Position numbers and translations under genes: made by a program
Notes under the pieces: generated by a model
The model's input: only the letters and a program-made list of their open reading frames with translations
Database searches by the model: none
What the model was told of the DNA's origin: nothing
In this document: positions 51,171 to 64,000 of the stretch, one piece after another
Position numbering within the stretch: the stretch's first letter is position 1
Layout: every line of letters begins with the position of its first letter
Source of the DNA: Octopus vulgaris
Lineage: Eukaryota
Direction of reading: 5' to 3'
DNA length: 64,000 bases
Assembly: GCA_951406725.2 (NCBI GenBank)
Contig: OX597842.1
Span: forward strand, 10,602,001-10,666,000

Positions 51171-51356
51171 CTCCCTCCCTCTCCTTCTCCCTCTCTCTTT
51201 CTCTTTCTCTCTCTCCCCCTCTCTCTCTCTTTCTCTCTGTGTGTATTTATCGATCTTACGTTTTCTCTTTTTCTTTGTTAACCTTTATCTAAACACTCTC
51301 TCTCTCCCTCCCTCTCTTTCTCTCCTTCACTCTTTCATTCGTTCTTTCTTACTTTT

Positions 51357-51387
<31 letters not shown>

Positions 51388-52432
51388 GTTCCATTCTCCT
51401 CCTCTCTTTCCTTCTGTGTCATTCCTTATCGGTTCCTTTGCTTCCCTTACACCGGTTTCTGTCAGATCTCTCACTTAGTTACTTGGTACGTGTGTGTATG
51501 CATATATATATATATATATATATAGGCGTAGGAGTGGCTAGTAAGTGGCTTGCTAACCAACCACATGGTTCCGGGTTCAGTCCCACTGCGTGGCACATTG
51601 GGCAAGTGTCTTCTATTATAGTCCCGGGCCGACCAATGCCTTGTGAGTGGATTTGGTAGACGGAAATTGAAAGAAGCCTGTCGTATATATGTATATATAT
51701 GTGTGTGTATATGTTTGTGTGTCTGTGTTTGTTCCCATAGCATTGCTTGACAACCGATGCTGGTGTGTTTACGTCCCCGTAACTTTGCGGTTCGGCAAAA
51801 GAGACCGATGAATTAAGTACTAGGCTTACAAAGAATAAGTCCTGGGGTCGATTTGCTCGACTAAAGGCGGTGCTCCAGCATGGCCACAGCCAAATGACTG
51901 AAACAAGTAAAAGAGTATATATCTAATGACTGTGGCCATGCTGGAGCACCACATGTATATGTATGCGTAGTCTTTAATCTCATCGAGTGCTTTTTTATTT
52001 GTTAAAGTATTACCACATATCATCATCGTCTGCTTTCCACATGGGTTGGACGATTTTGACTGAGGACTGGCAAACCAGATGGCTGCACCAGGCTCCAATC
52101 TAATCTGGCAGTGTTTCTACAGCTGGATGCCCTTCCTAACGCCAACCACTCCGAGAGTGTAGTGGGTGCTTTTTACGTGCCACGGTACGGGGCCAGTCAG
52201 GTGGTACTGGCAACGGCCTCGCTCGAATCTTTTTACACATGCCACTGGCATTATAGTATATATATATGTATGTATGTATGTTTGTATAATCATTTAACGT
52301 TTATTATCCATGCTGGCATGAAGTGGATGGTTTGGCCCCTGGAGAGCTGCACCAGGCCCCAGTCTGATCTGGCATGGTTTCTACGGCTGGATGTCCTCTC
52401 TAACGCCAACCACTTTGCAATGTGCTGGGTGC

Positions 52433-52842
52433 AGATCTTTTCAGTTTGAACAGCAGTTTTTTCTAGCGGCGTCATATGAAATTGTCACCCATAATTATGA
52501 CCCTAGTATCGATCTATTGCATTTCAATGTTTTAGGGTTAGGGGTGGGTGGGAGGGTATCTTTTTTTCTTCAGAAATGTAAATAAACCCAATCTGTTTTT
52601 TAAACGAGGGACATTTTCATACGGCACAGAATGTTTTCACCTCAATAGACGTCACTGATTGGTTGAAATTGCAGAAATTGACGAAAATGACCAACAAATA
52701 TCTTACAAACTATAGAATTTTCTCAATAAAGCCAAGAGAAAAAGATGTTTTATAAACACATTCTACCAGTATACGAAGTTTAAAATTGTTTAGTTACTCA
52801 GAAATTATTAAAAAAAAACTGCCGTTCAAACCGAAAAGATCC
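52433..52842. mobile_element. Same TIR element, opposite orientation, inserted in an RTE 3'UTR
   Basis: Both TIRs present. Flanked by the direct repeat TGGGTGC (52426-52432 and 52844-52850). Confidence 0.85.
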
Positions 52843-53324
52843 ATGGGTGCTTTTACAGGGCACGGCACGGACGTTTTTACGTGACGCTGCATTGAAGCTT
52901 TTTCACATGGCACCGGCACAGGATTCCTGCAGGCCATTCCTCTCCACCAGGAGAACCGACCTTAATGCTTCTTCTGTGGGGCACAGGTATTCTTGAGCAC
53001 AGTAAGGTGCCAGGTATCTTGGTCCCTTGTCATCTTACCTGAAAGGTTCAGTGTCCTGAGGTCATTCTGCAGTACATTGTCCCATGTCTTTGAGGGTCCC
53101 ACACCTACACGTCTTGCATCTACTTTGAGAAATTGGCCCCTCTTTATGCAACTGTCCTCATCTATTCACATCACATAACCAAACCAGCGCAGTCTTCTCT
53201 CTTGCCTAAAGACCCTAATTCCTCTTATGTCTAACTTCTTTCTCAAAACACTTGCACTCTGTCGAACACGAACTCTTAGATTACACGTCCAGTGAAGCAT
53301 ACTAGCCCCATCTATCTCTGAATC

Positions 53325-53572
53325 CAGGAAAAAAAGTCACGGGTTTTGTCCAGATCCCATAAATTGTGATTTTTTTCTTGCAACTTTATTACCGGCTACC
53401 ACAAATTAATTGTGACTTTTTTCCAGGTTAAAATTGTGACTTTTTTCTTAGCCAAAATTGTGACTTTTTTCCTAGCCAAAATTGTTGACTTTTTTCCTAG
53501 CCAAAATTATGACATTTTTCCTAGCCAAAATTGTGACTTTCTTTCCTAGCCAAAATTGTGACTTTATTACTG
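53325..53572. mobile_element. Small TIR element with ~24-bp subterminal tandem repeats
   Basis: Ends CCAGGAAAAAAAGTCAC / GTGACTTTATTACTGG, with about six AAATTGTGACTTTTTCCTAGCC units. It interrupts the RTE fragment. Confidence 0.55.
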
Positions 53573-53971
53573 GCCACTTTCTCTCTAACCTTCTTCATTC
53601 AGGGCCCAAGTATCACTACAATGTATTTTTTTTAAATATCAAGAAAATATCAACCAGATTATGACTGGGAGGTAACAGTTTAAAGTCGCTGCCCCCAGTT
53701 TCCAACAAGGCCTCAGGACAGCTCTGGAACCTGGCACAAAGGGTGTTTGGGCTAAAGTCGACAGTAAGCATGAAAGGAAATGAAAATACAGTATCATCAT
53801 CGTTTAACGTCTGTTTTCCATGCTAGCATGGGTTGGACGGTTCAACTGGGGTCTGGGAAGCCAGAAGGCTGCACCAGGCTCCAGTCTTATCTGGCAGTGT
53901 TTCTACGGCTGGATGCCCTTCCTAATGCCAACCACTCCGTGAGTGTAGTGGGTGCTTTTTACATGCCACTT

Positions 53972-54050
<79 letters not shown>

Positions 54051-54504
54051 AAATAAGAAAATGGAGGAATACACTTTAATCAATAATCAACTACCAGATA
54101 ATATCCATTCACATAATTTATTAACCAACTACATAGGAACATCAAGATCAAACACAATAATACAGAACAAAACAGTGCACATCAATGAGTAATAGGATAC
54201 AATAAGTACAATACGTATAAATAAATATAAATATAAATATAAACTAGATCTTACAGCTGTTTCAGCCATGTAGATATGAGTGTCTCATTATGCTCATATT
54301 AGCCAGGTGCGTTAAGGTAAATGTGTAATGTTATATATATATATATATCGCTATGGTTATGGTTATATATATATCGTTATGGTAATTTTTTTGTCAAATA
54401 AACACAAGTACTATATACCTGTTCTTCATTTCAGCCTAATCATTTTTCTTATTTTAGTATCCTTCATCTGAAATCTCATTCAAAAATGAAAATATTTGGA
54501 AAGC

Positions 54505-54672
54505 TCAAATTATGGCCATCCTCAGCTTCTGCCATGGCCTCAAGGTGACTCTGGAACTTGGTGCATCCGTTCCTCGCTGTGTCCCTGAAAAGAATTTCAA
54601 AGACCTCATTGATCTTGGTCACTCGCTTAGTCTTGACGCTGTAGGCAGAGCGGTTGGTGTCTTCTGGTCACT
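54505..54672 (-). mobile_element. Tc1/mariner-superfamily transposase C-terminal remnant
   Basis: Minus strand gives DTNRSAYSVKTKRVTKINEVFEILFRDTARNGCTKFQSHLEAMAEAEDGH, similar to the ..AC..F..RLEAV..A.GG.. Tc1/maT-type ending. Confidence 0.6.
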
Positions 54673-54719
54673 CCTTACAACAATGAATGAATTATAATTA
54701 AATTAACGATCTTATCCTC

Positions 54720-54807
<88 letters not shown>

Positions 54808-54825
54808 TATATATACATATATATA

Positions 54826-55132
54826 TACAAAATAAGAAAAATGGAGGAATAGATTCCTTTCAATCATCAACTTCCTGCATATTACCTCAGTACATCTGAC
54901 TAATATGGGCACAATGAGATACCCTTATCTACAGGCTGAAACAGCTGTAAGATCCATTTTATATGTATTATTTTTATGGTATTATCTTACTTATTGATGT
55001 ATATTGTTTTATTCTGTCTTATTCTGTTGGATTTGGATGTTCCTATTTAATTAGTTAATAAATTATATGAATTGGTATTATCTGGAAGTTGATGATTGAA
55101 AGAAATCTATTCCTCCATTTTCTTATTTTGTA
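54826..55132. mobile_element. Element with ~50-bp inverted termini next to (TA)n; related inverted copy at 54047-54330 (Penelope-like end, tentative)
   Basis: Begins TACAAAATAAGAAAATGGAGGAATAGATT and ends AATCTATTCCTCCATTTTCTTATTTTGTA. Shares GGCTGAAACAGCTGTAAGAT with the other copy. Confidence 0.5.
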
Positions 55133-55366
55133 TTAAGAATTTGAGGTGAAACATTTTACCTTCGCCCATATAATACAATAAATGAATTGCATTGCAATTC
55201 TTAGCATTTATGTATTAGCCGTTTGGGTACTTCACTGGCAGTATATTGGATAACTGATATCCCATAGTGGGTTACACTCATAACCCCTATCTCACTTTGT
55301 ACTTATATATATATATGATTTTGATTTTGATTTTTCCAGTTTCAGCTAATGAGCTGTGGCCATGCT

Positions 55367-55418
<52 letters not shown>

Positions 55419-55484
55419 GAGGGAATATTATTCAAAACTTACAGGAAAAAATTCAATTAGAAATACTAAATCAAATTTCACAAA

Positions 55485-55529
<45 letters not shown>

Positions 55530-55970
55530 TAGAAAAAAAACACCTTTTTTCATTTCAATAATGAAAAATTAAATTATACCATCTAGAAAATTACATATTA
55601 TAGAAAGATTAAATATAAGATAAAACATATAACGATGATTAAGTAATGTGCAAAGTAATAAATAAAACGTATATATTTGGTAGAATAACGGGGCTTCTTT
55701 CAGTTTCTGCCTACTAAATCCACTCACAAGGCTATGGTCGGTCTGAGGCTATAGTAGAAGACACTTGCCCAAGGTGCCACGCAGTGGGACTGAACCCAGA
55801 ACCACACAGTCACTCCTCACAACAATGAACGAATGATCGTTGATTCAACATGAAATATTATCGTTGCAAAAACAGTAGTATCTTTCTTTTCTTACTTTTC
55901 ATTACAATCCTTAATTTTTGATAGAATTTTAAAAATGTTTGTTTAAATAAACCCATTTCAAGAAAGTATT

Positions 55971-56792
55971 GGGTGTCTTCGGTTTGAACGGCAGTTTTTT
56001 AAAAAATAACTAGCTGTATCGCCCGGCGTTGCTCGGGTTTGTAAGGGAAATAACTATATAAACATTTTTAGAGAGTTATAGCCAAAAAATAGCAAAAAAA
56101 TGCATTAAAAATGGAAAAAAAATGATGGTACATATTTTTAAAAATCGTTGACTCATCGTAGACATTTTTAGAGAGTTACTTCACTTATATAATAACGAAA
56201 AAATGCATTAAAATGGAAAAAAATGATGGTAAATTATTTTTTAAATCGTAGACTCATCGTAGACGCACGCTAATACCCAGAAGGGCTCGATATGAATCAC
56301 GACTATAAGATACCCGGTTTTGGTTAAACTGCACCGCAAAATGTGGGAGTAGTTAGGAATCTAAATCGTAGGAGACAGACACTCACACAACTTCACTTTT
56401 ATATATAAAGATTTCCACGTAACTAAACACTTTTAAACTTCGTATACTAGTAGAATGTGTTTATAAAACATCTTTTTCTCTTGGCTTTATCGAGAAAATT
56501 CTATAGTTTGTAAGATATTTGTTGTTTTTTCTTCTTCAATTTCTGCAATTTCAACCAATCAATGACGTCTATTGAGGTGTAAACATTCTGTGCCGTATGA
56601 ATATGTCCCTCGTTTAAGAAACAGATTGGGTTTATTTACATTTCTGAGGAAAAAAAGATACCCTTCCCCCCACCTCTAACCCTAACCCTAAAACAGATTG
56701 AAATGCAATAGATCGATACTAGGGTCATAATTATGGGTGACAATTTCATATGACAACGCTAGAAAAAACTGCCGTTCAAACCGAAAAGATCC
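55971..56792. mobile_element. Same TIR element carrying a nested Helitron
   Basis: Matches 18020-18430 once 56010-56411 is removed. Flanked by a 36-bp direct repeat. Confidence 0.85.
56010..56411 (-). mobile_element. Non-autonomous Helitron (402 bp)
   Basis: Minus strand begins TC and ends CTAG, with hairpin CCCGAGCAACGCCGGG about 12 nt from the 3' end. It sits between A and T with no TSD. The empty site AATAA^TTTCCACG is visible in the sister copy at 18052. Confidence 0.88.
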
Positions 56793-57102
56793 AATGTTTG
56801 TTTAAATAAACCCATTTCAAGAAAGTATCAAACGGACCGCAAATTTAAAGTGTGCGGGTTTGCATGCGACCCGCGGGCCTCAGGTTGGCCAGCCCTGCTC
56901 CTACGCTGACCCCACCGTTTGACAGATGTTGCTCTCGGTCGCCTGACAAACTAGGTTAACTTCGTCGGAGGGGGGTGGGGTGTTTGTGTAGTAATCGACA
57001 GCTTGGCCATGTAACAGATGGTAATGGGTTACACTTTACAACTAAAATACCCACAACGATCTAATACTGACTCATACAATCACAAGACACACAGAAACGA
57101 AT

Positions 57103-58140
57103 AATTTGAATGAGATTTGGCTGCTATTTCTCGCAGACCTAACTACCACCTACAGATTTCCCTTATTGGCTCAGAACATGGTCTAATTTGAGTGAGATTT
57201 GACTGCTATTTCGAGCAGACCTAACTACCACCTACAGATTTCCCTTATTGGCTCAGAGCATGGTGAGATTTGAGTGAGATTTGACTGCTATTTCGAGCAG
57301 ACCTAACTACCACCTACAGATTTCCCTTATTGGCTCAGAGCATGGTGTGATTTGAGTGAGATTTGGCTGCTATTTCAAGCAGACCTAACTACCACCTACA
57401 GATTTCCCTTATTGGCTCAGAGCATGGTGTAATTTGAGTGAAATTTGACTGCTATTTCTCGCAGACCTAACTACCATGTACAGATTTCCCTTATTGGCTC
57501 AGAGCATGGTGTAATTTGAGTGAGATTTGACTGCTATTTCAAGCAGACCTAACTACCACGTACAGATTTCCCTTAATGGATCAGAGCATGGTGTAATTTG
57601 AGTGAGATTTGACTGCTATTTCTCGCAGACCTAACTACCACGTACAGATTTCCCTTATTGGCTCAGAGCATGGTGTAATTTGAGTGAGATTTGACTGCTA
57701 TTTCTCGCAGACCTAACTACCACCTACAGATTTCCCTTATTGGCTCAGAGCATGGTGTGGGTTGAGTGAGATTTGACTGCTATTTCGAGTAGACCTAACT
57801 ACCACTTACAGATTTCCCTTATTGGCTCAGAGCATGGTGTAATTTGAGTGAGATTTGGCTGCTATTTCTCGCAGACCTAACTACCACGTACAGATTTCCC
57901 TTATTGGCTCAGAGCATGGTGTAATTTGAGTGAGATTTGACTGCTATTTCAAGCAGACCTAACTACCACGTACAGATTTCCCTTAATGGATCAGAGCATG
58001 GTGAGATTTGACTGCTATTTCTCGCAGACCTAACGACCACGTACAGATTTCCCTTATTGGCTCAGAGCATGATGAGATTTGACTGCTATTTCTCGCAGAT
58101 CTAACTACCACGTACAGATTTCCCTTTTGAGGGAGATTTG
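57103..58140. repeat. 82-bp minisatellite (~12-13 units)
   Basis: GAGTGAGATTTG(A/G)CTGCTATTTC...GCAGACCTAACTACCAC.TACAGATTTCCCTTATTGGCTCAGAGCATGGTGTAATTT, recurring at 57190, 57272 and onward. Confidence 0.93.
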
Positions 58141-58399
58141 GTTGCTATTTCTCGCAGGTCTAGTTACAATGTAGAGGTCTCCTTCGTTGGCCCGGTTCCC
58201 TCTTTGGCTCATACATACATATATTACATAGAAAAAAGAATAGGGTGTGATTTAAGGGCCATTTGGCTGCTATTTCTGTTAGGTCAAGCTGCCATGTAAG
58301 AGGTTTCCCTAATTGGCTCATACATACGCATATAAGGTGTGAGTTGAGGGAGATTTGGCTGCTATTTCTAGCATAAAGTGTGACCACGTAGAGAGAATG

Positions 58400-59489
58400 A
58401 AGGGAACTCCATGGCTAAGGGAGGGACAGAGAGAGAAAGTGTATTTGTATGTGAGAGATAGAGAGAAGAATGTGGATAGTGAAAGGACGAATTAGATGGA
58501 GAGAGAGAAAAAGAGAGAGTAAAAAGAAAGTGTAGGAAGGAGAGAGGAGATAGAGGAGAGGAAAAAAGTATGTAAGAAAGAGTGAGAGAGAGAGAGTTGT
58601 AAGAGAAAAGGGGAAGGAAAAGGATGAAGAGAGATGGGAAATGAAGGGTGAAAGAATAAAGAGAGAGGGAGGGAAAATTGAGAAAGAGAGGGTAAAAAAG
58701 GGGGAAGGACACTGAGGAAGAGAGAAGGGAATGGAAATGAGGAGGTTAAGGGTGTAAGAGAAAGAGGAAGGGATAATGAAGAAGAGAGAGAGAGATTTCA
58801 GAAAGAAGGGGAGGAAAAACGAGGATGAGGAAGAGGTGTAAGCGAGACAGTGATGGAAACGAGGAAGAATAGAGAAGAAGGATGAGAGAAAGACAGAAAG
58901 AGACAGAGAGGAAAGGAAAGAAGCTAGTATAAAAATAAAAGGAGTTGCAATGGGGATGAGAGAGAGGACGAGAGAGTAAAAGTGTAAGAGAGAGTAAGAA
59001 TAGAAGGATTAAAAGAAATAGAGGGAGAAGAAGAAAGATATGTGCGAGAGATAGATAGAGAGGAATCATAGAGAGAGAGATACAGCGGAGTGAGAGAGAT
59101 GAGTGAAAGAGTGAGAGGTAGAGTAGAAGGAGGAAAAACAACAAAGGAGAAACAGAGGTATAGTAAGTGTGAGATAGATAGATAGATAGATAGGGATAAG
59201 AGAGGGTGAGTGAATGCGAGTGTGAGTGACAGGTAGAGTCGTGAGCGTGGCAACGATGACAGGTCATCAGCACCTACTACCGTAACGTCAGAGAACAAGG
59301 ACGAGTGTGACTGCGGACTCGTGACTGCGCGCGCGCGCACATACATACACACACACATATTCACACACATACACGCACGCACGTACACGCGGCTGTGTGT
59401 GTGTGTGTGTGTGTGTATGTATATGTGTATATGTATCTATGCATGTAGTGTCACGGTCCTGCAACCACAGTGTATGTGTGTGTGTGTGT

Positions 59490-59565
<76 letters not shown>

Positions 59566-61190
59566 GTATATATGTGTGTGTATGAGCAGTCACGGGTCTG
59601 CTATGACACTGTGTCGGTATGATCTCTCACACACACCTGTATGTATGTATGTGTGTATGTATGTATGCATGTGTGTGTGTGTATGTATGTACGTATGTAT
59701 GTATGTATGTATGTATGTATGTATGTGTGTATGTATGTATGTATGTATGTATGTGTGTGTATGTATACGCACACACAGTCACATATACTCATACACTCAG
59801 AAAATCACGATACAGACACATACATACACACACACATTCACAGATATACTAATAAAGACAGACTCACACACACAAAGACAATACAACAGAGACATTAGCA
59901 CACACACACACATACAAAGACTGCACACACACACACACTCACAAGGACCCGTACATACAGACATTAACGCAAACACACACACACACACACACATCAGCAT
60001 AGACACACTAATACATACACACATTAACACAAACACACACACTGGGAAATTAACGTAGACGCACTTAAACACACTAAGACTAACACACATACACACACAC
60101 TGACACTAGCACACATACACACACATTAACACAATCACACACACACACAGACACAAACGTAGACACACGTACACACACACACACATTAAGACCAGCACAC
60201 TTATACACACATTCAGACACATACACACACACACTTACGCATACACATACACAAACCCACATACAACTATAAACATAGACACACACTAATACCGAAACAC
60301 ATACACATACATTAACACTACCGCATACTTACATTCACATAAACCAGAACACACACACACTTACATATACATGTACACAAACCCGCATACAAATATAAAC
60401 ACAGACACACTAACACCAACACACGCACACTGCCATATACACGCATGCACACAAACCTACACATAGAAGCATTAACATCGACACACTAACACCAACACGC
60501 AGTCCTCTCTGTCTCTCACTCACTCTCTCTCTTTCTCTCCTTCCCTCTCTCTCTTTTTTCTCTGTCTTTCTCTGTCTCTGTCTCTTTCTCTCTCTCACAC
60601 ATACACAGTCCTCTCTCTCCCTTCCTCTCCCTCTTTCTCTCACACATACACCGTCCTCTCTCTCTCTCACTCTCTCTCTGTCTCTTTCTCTCACACATAC
60701 ACCGTCCTCTCTCTCTCTCTCTCACTCACTCACTCTCATTCTCTCTCTCTCACACATACACTGTACTCTCTCTCTCTCTTCTGTTTCTCTCTCTGTCTGT
60801 TTCTCTCTCTGCATCGCCCTCCGTCTCTCTCTGTCTCTTCGTCTCTCCCTCTCTCTGTCACACATTCTCTCCCTCCCTCGTCTCTGTCTGTTTCTTTCTC
60901 TCTCTCCGTCTCTTTCTCTCACACATACACCTCTCTCTCTCTCTCTCACTCACTCACACACATACACTCTCCCTCCTTCCCTCTCTCTCTGTCTGTTTCT
61001 CTCTCTGTCTCTCTCTCTCTCACTCACACACACACACACCCTCCTTCCCTCTCTCTCTGTCTGTTTCTCTCTCTCTCTCTGTCACACATTCTCTCTGCAT
61101 CTCCTTCCCTCTCTCTCTGTCTGTTTCTCTCTCTGTCTCTCTCTCTCTCTCTCTCACATTCTCTCTGCATCTCCTTCTCTCTCTCTCCCT
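58400..61190. repeat. Low-complexity block: GA-rich (58400-59220), TA/TG/CA (59340-60500), CT-rich (60500-61190)
   Basis: Read directly. Confidence 0.9.
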
Positions 61191-61204
61191 CCTGTTAATC
61201 CAAT

Positions 61205-61241
61205 ATGGCGAGTGAGGTAGAAACACTCGACACCCTTCTGA
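61205..61241 (+). CDS. Probable first coding exon of an unidentified plus-strand gene (MASEVETLDTLL...)
   Basis: Start context AATATGGCG, 12 codons plus 1 nt, then the consensus donor A|GTAAGT at 61242. It follows a long CT-rich tract. No downstream exon was found in the window. Confidence 0.45.
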
Positions 61242-61469
61242 GTAAGTTTCGACCCATTTTCTTTCCTATTCAAAACCATTTCTCTCTCGATTCTCTTTCA
61301 TTTTCATCCACGTCAGACATTTCCCGACTTCCTCTTTTATTTCCACAACATCTTTTCTCCACAAACACACAGATTTTAGACATATTTCATCACCGATCGT
61401 CTCCTATGCTTACTACATCATCTACACACATCACATATACGAGTGTATATATGTGTATATACACACGCT

Positions 61470-63380
61470 TTATAGGTACTTTATGTATATATATAGGGTT
61501 ATAGATGTACGTATATGATGTGTGTATATATATATATGTGTGTATTGTATGTATTTATGTATGTATGGAGGTGTATTTATAGATATATATGTAGATATAC
61601 ATCCCTGTGTGTGTATATGTATATATACACACACAGGGATGTATATATGTATTTGTAAATTGTAAATATGTGTGTATATAGCTAGTGTATGTATATATAT
61701 ATATATATGTATGAAGTGGTGTTTATAGATATGTATATGTAGATATACATCCCTATGTGTGTATATCATTATATACACACCATACACACATAGGGATGTA
61801 TATATGTAAATTGTAAATATGTGTGTATAGGGTTATAGATGTACGTATATGATGTGTATATATATATATATGTGTGTAATGTATGTATTTATGTATGTAT
61901 GGAGGTGTATTTATAGATGTATATGTAGATATACATCCCTGTGTGTGTATATCATTATATACACACTATACACACATACATATTTGTAAATATGTGTGTA
62001 TATAGGTAGTGTATGTATATATTTATATATGTGTATGAAGTGGTGTTTATAGATATGTATATGTAGATATACATCCCTATGTGTGTATAACATTATATAC
62101 GCACTATACACACATAGGGATGTATATATGTAAATTGTAAATATGTGTGTATAGGTAGTGTATGTATATATATATATATGTATGTATGAAGTGGTGTTTA
62201 TAGATATATATATATAGCTATACATCTCTGTGTGTGTATATCATTATATACACACTTTATGTATATATATAGGGTTATAGATATATGTATATGATGTGTA
62301 TATATATATATGTGTGTAATGTATGTATTTATGTATGTATGGAGGTGTATTTATAGATATATATGTAGATATACATCCCTGTGTGTGTATATCATTATAT
62401 ACACACATACATATTTGTAAATATGTGTGTATATAGGTAGTGTATGTATATATTTATATATGTGTATGAAGTGGTGTTTATAGATATATATATGTAGATA
62501 TACATCCGTATGTGTGTATAACATTATATACACACTATACACACATAGGGATGTATATATGTAAATTGTAAATATGTGTGTATAGGTAGTGTATGTATAT
62601 ATATATATATGTATGAAGTGGTGTTTATAGATATGTATATGTAGATATACATCCCTGTGTGTGTATATCATTATATACACACTATACACACATATATACA
62701 TATTTGTAAATTGTAAATATGTGTGTATATACGTAGTGTATGTATATATATATATATATGTATGAAGTGGTGTTTATAGATATGTATATATATAGCTATA
62801 CATCCCTATGTGTATATAGGTAGTGTATATATTTATATATGTGTATTAAGGTGTATTTATAGATTTGTATATATAGCTATACATCTCTATGTGTGTATAT
62901 CATAATATACATATTTGTAAATATGTGTGAATATAGGTAGTGTATATATGTATTAAGGTATATTTATAGATTTATATATATATATCTATATACATTCCTA
63001 TGTGTGTATATCCATATACACACATAGATATTTGTAAATATGTATGTATATAGGTACTGTATATACTTATATGTATGAAGTGGTGTTTATAGATATATAT
63101 ATATAGCTATAAATCCCTATGTGTGTATATCTATATATACACACATACATATTTGTAAATATGTGTGTATATAGGTATTGTATATATATATATATATGTA
63201 TGAAGGTGTATTTATAGATATATATAGCTATACATCTCTGTGTGTATATTCATATATATACACACATACATATTTGTAAATATGTATGTATATAGGTAGT
63301 GTATATATTTATAAATAAATATATATATATATATATACAGCTATACATCCCTATGTGTGTATATCCATTTATATATTTGC
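61470..63380. repeat. AT-rich higher-order satellite built from TA/TG microsatellite
   Basis: Recurrent TATGAAGTGGTGTTTATAGATAT...ATACATCCCT.TGTGTGTATA...TTTGTAAATATGTGTG units about every 130-150 bp, with larger duplicated blocks. Confidence 0.85.
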
Positions 63381-63839
63381 AAATATATATATACAGGTAA
63401 TGTACATTTGTATAATGTATGTATAGAGATGTGTGTATATAGATACGATGTATATATATATTTATGCATGCATGTATATATTATACATATCTATATACAC
63501 ATTACACATACACACTGCTTACTGGTTTTACAGCGATATACAGATGTGATTATATATATATATATACATACATATATATGTATAGTCTATCTATACAAAT
63601 GTAAGTATATACGTGTATTTGTATTTTATAAACAAGTATATATAAATATATATATATACACACACATAGGCGTTGTACGTCCGTGTGTCCCTTGAATATT
63701 GTTTTAGCTATCAGGGTCAAGGCCACAAGGAAGCACATCGCATATACATACATACACACACACACATATACTCATATATATACACACTTGTTAGGACTAT
63801 TGCGTTTAACAATGTAGATCTGTTTACAAAAATAGGCAA

Positions 63840-63885
<46 letters not shown>

Positions 63886-64000
63886 TGTAACCACTATGAA
63901 GATATATCTATGGCCCATGTATGTATAAGGTGTGTGTACATATATGTATGTTGTGTGTGTGCATATATGTATATGTTGTGTGTGTGTAGATATGTATGTA

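Larger units (their letters stand above)
52290..53625 (-). mobile_element. Degenerate RTE LINE 3' fragment interrupted by two MITEs
   Basis: The minus strand encodes remnants SDTWAL...ASML.W...RRLRWFG...KTWDNVLQNDLRTLNL...RDQDTW, followed by the same 3'UTR repeat. Confidence 0.7.

Overview
Eukaryotic, AT-rich, microsatellite- and transposon-dense genomic DNA. It is most likely from an octopus or other coleoid cephalopod, inferred from the SINE/LINE content and the (TA)n, (GATA)n and (CAT)n load. Two minus-strand protein genes are well supported. (1) A PRPP synthase-associated protein (PRPSAP1/2 co-ortholog): eight coding exons were traced with canonical GT-AG junctions and consistent phases from ATG 23785 down to 473 (317 codons). 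The last exon lies left of the window. (2) A giant 3243-aa C2H2 zinc-finger protein encoded by one 9.7-kb ORF (32443-42174), with three widely spaced finger arrays that carry nearly the same recognition helices. A probable first coding exon of a third, plus-strand gene starts at 61205. The rest is repeats: tRNA-derived SINEs, 3' ends of RTE, CR1 and Tx1/L1 LINEs, mariner remnants, Mutator-like and piggyBac-like MITEs, a non-autonomous Helitron, Penelope-like pieces with hammerhead-ribozyme-like motifs, and several minisatellites. The most notable observations are the triplicated zinc-finger array, a Tx1-like LINE embedded in (GATA)n arrays, a tRNA-headed element with a hammerhead-like tail, and a stop-free 3n triplet-repeat intron in PRPSAP. 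Repeat boundaries are approximate and no database searches were run.
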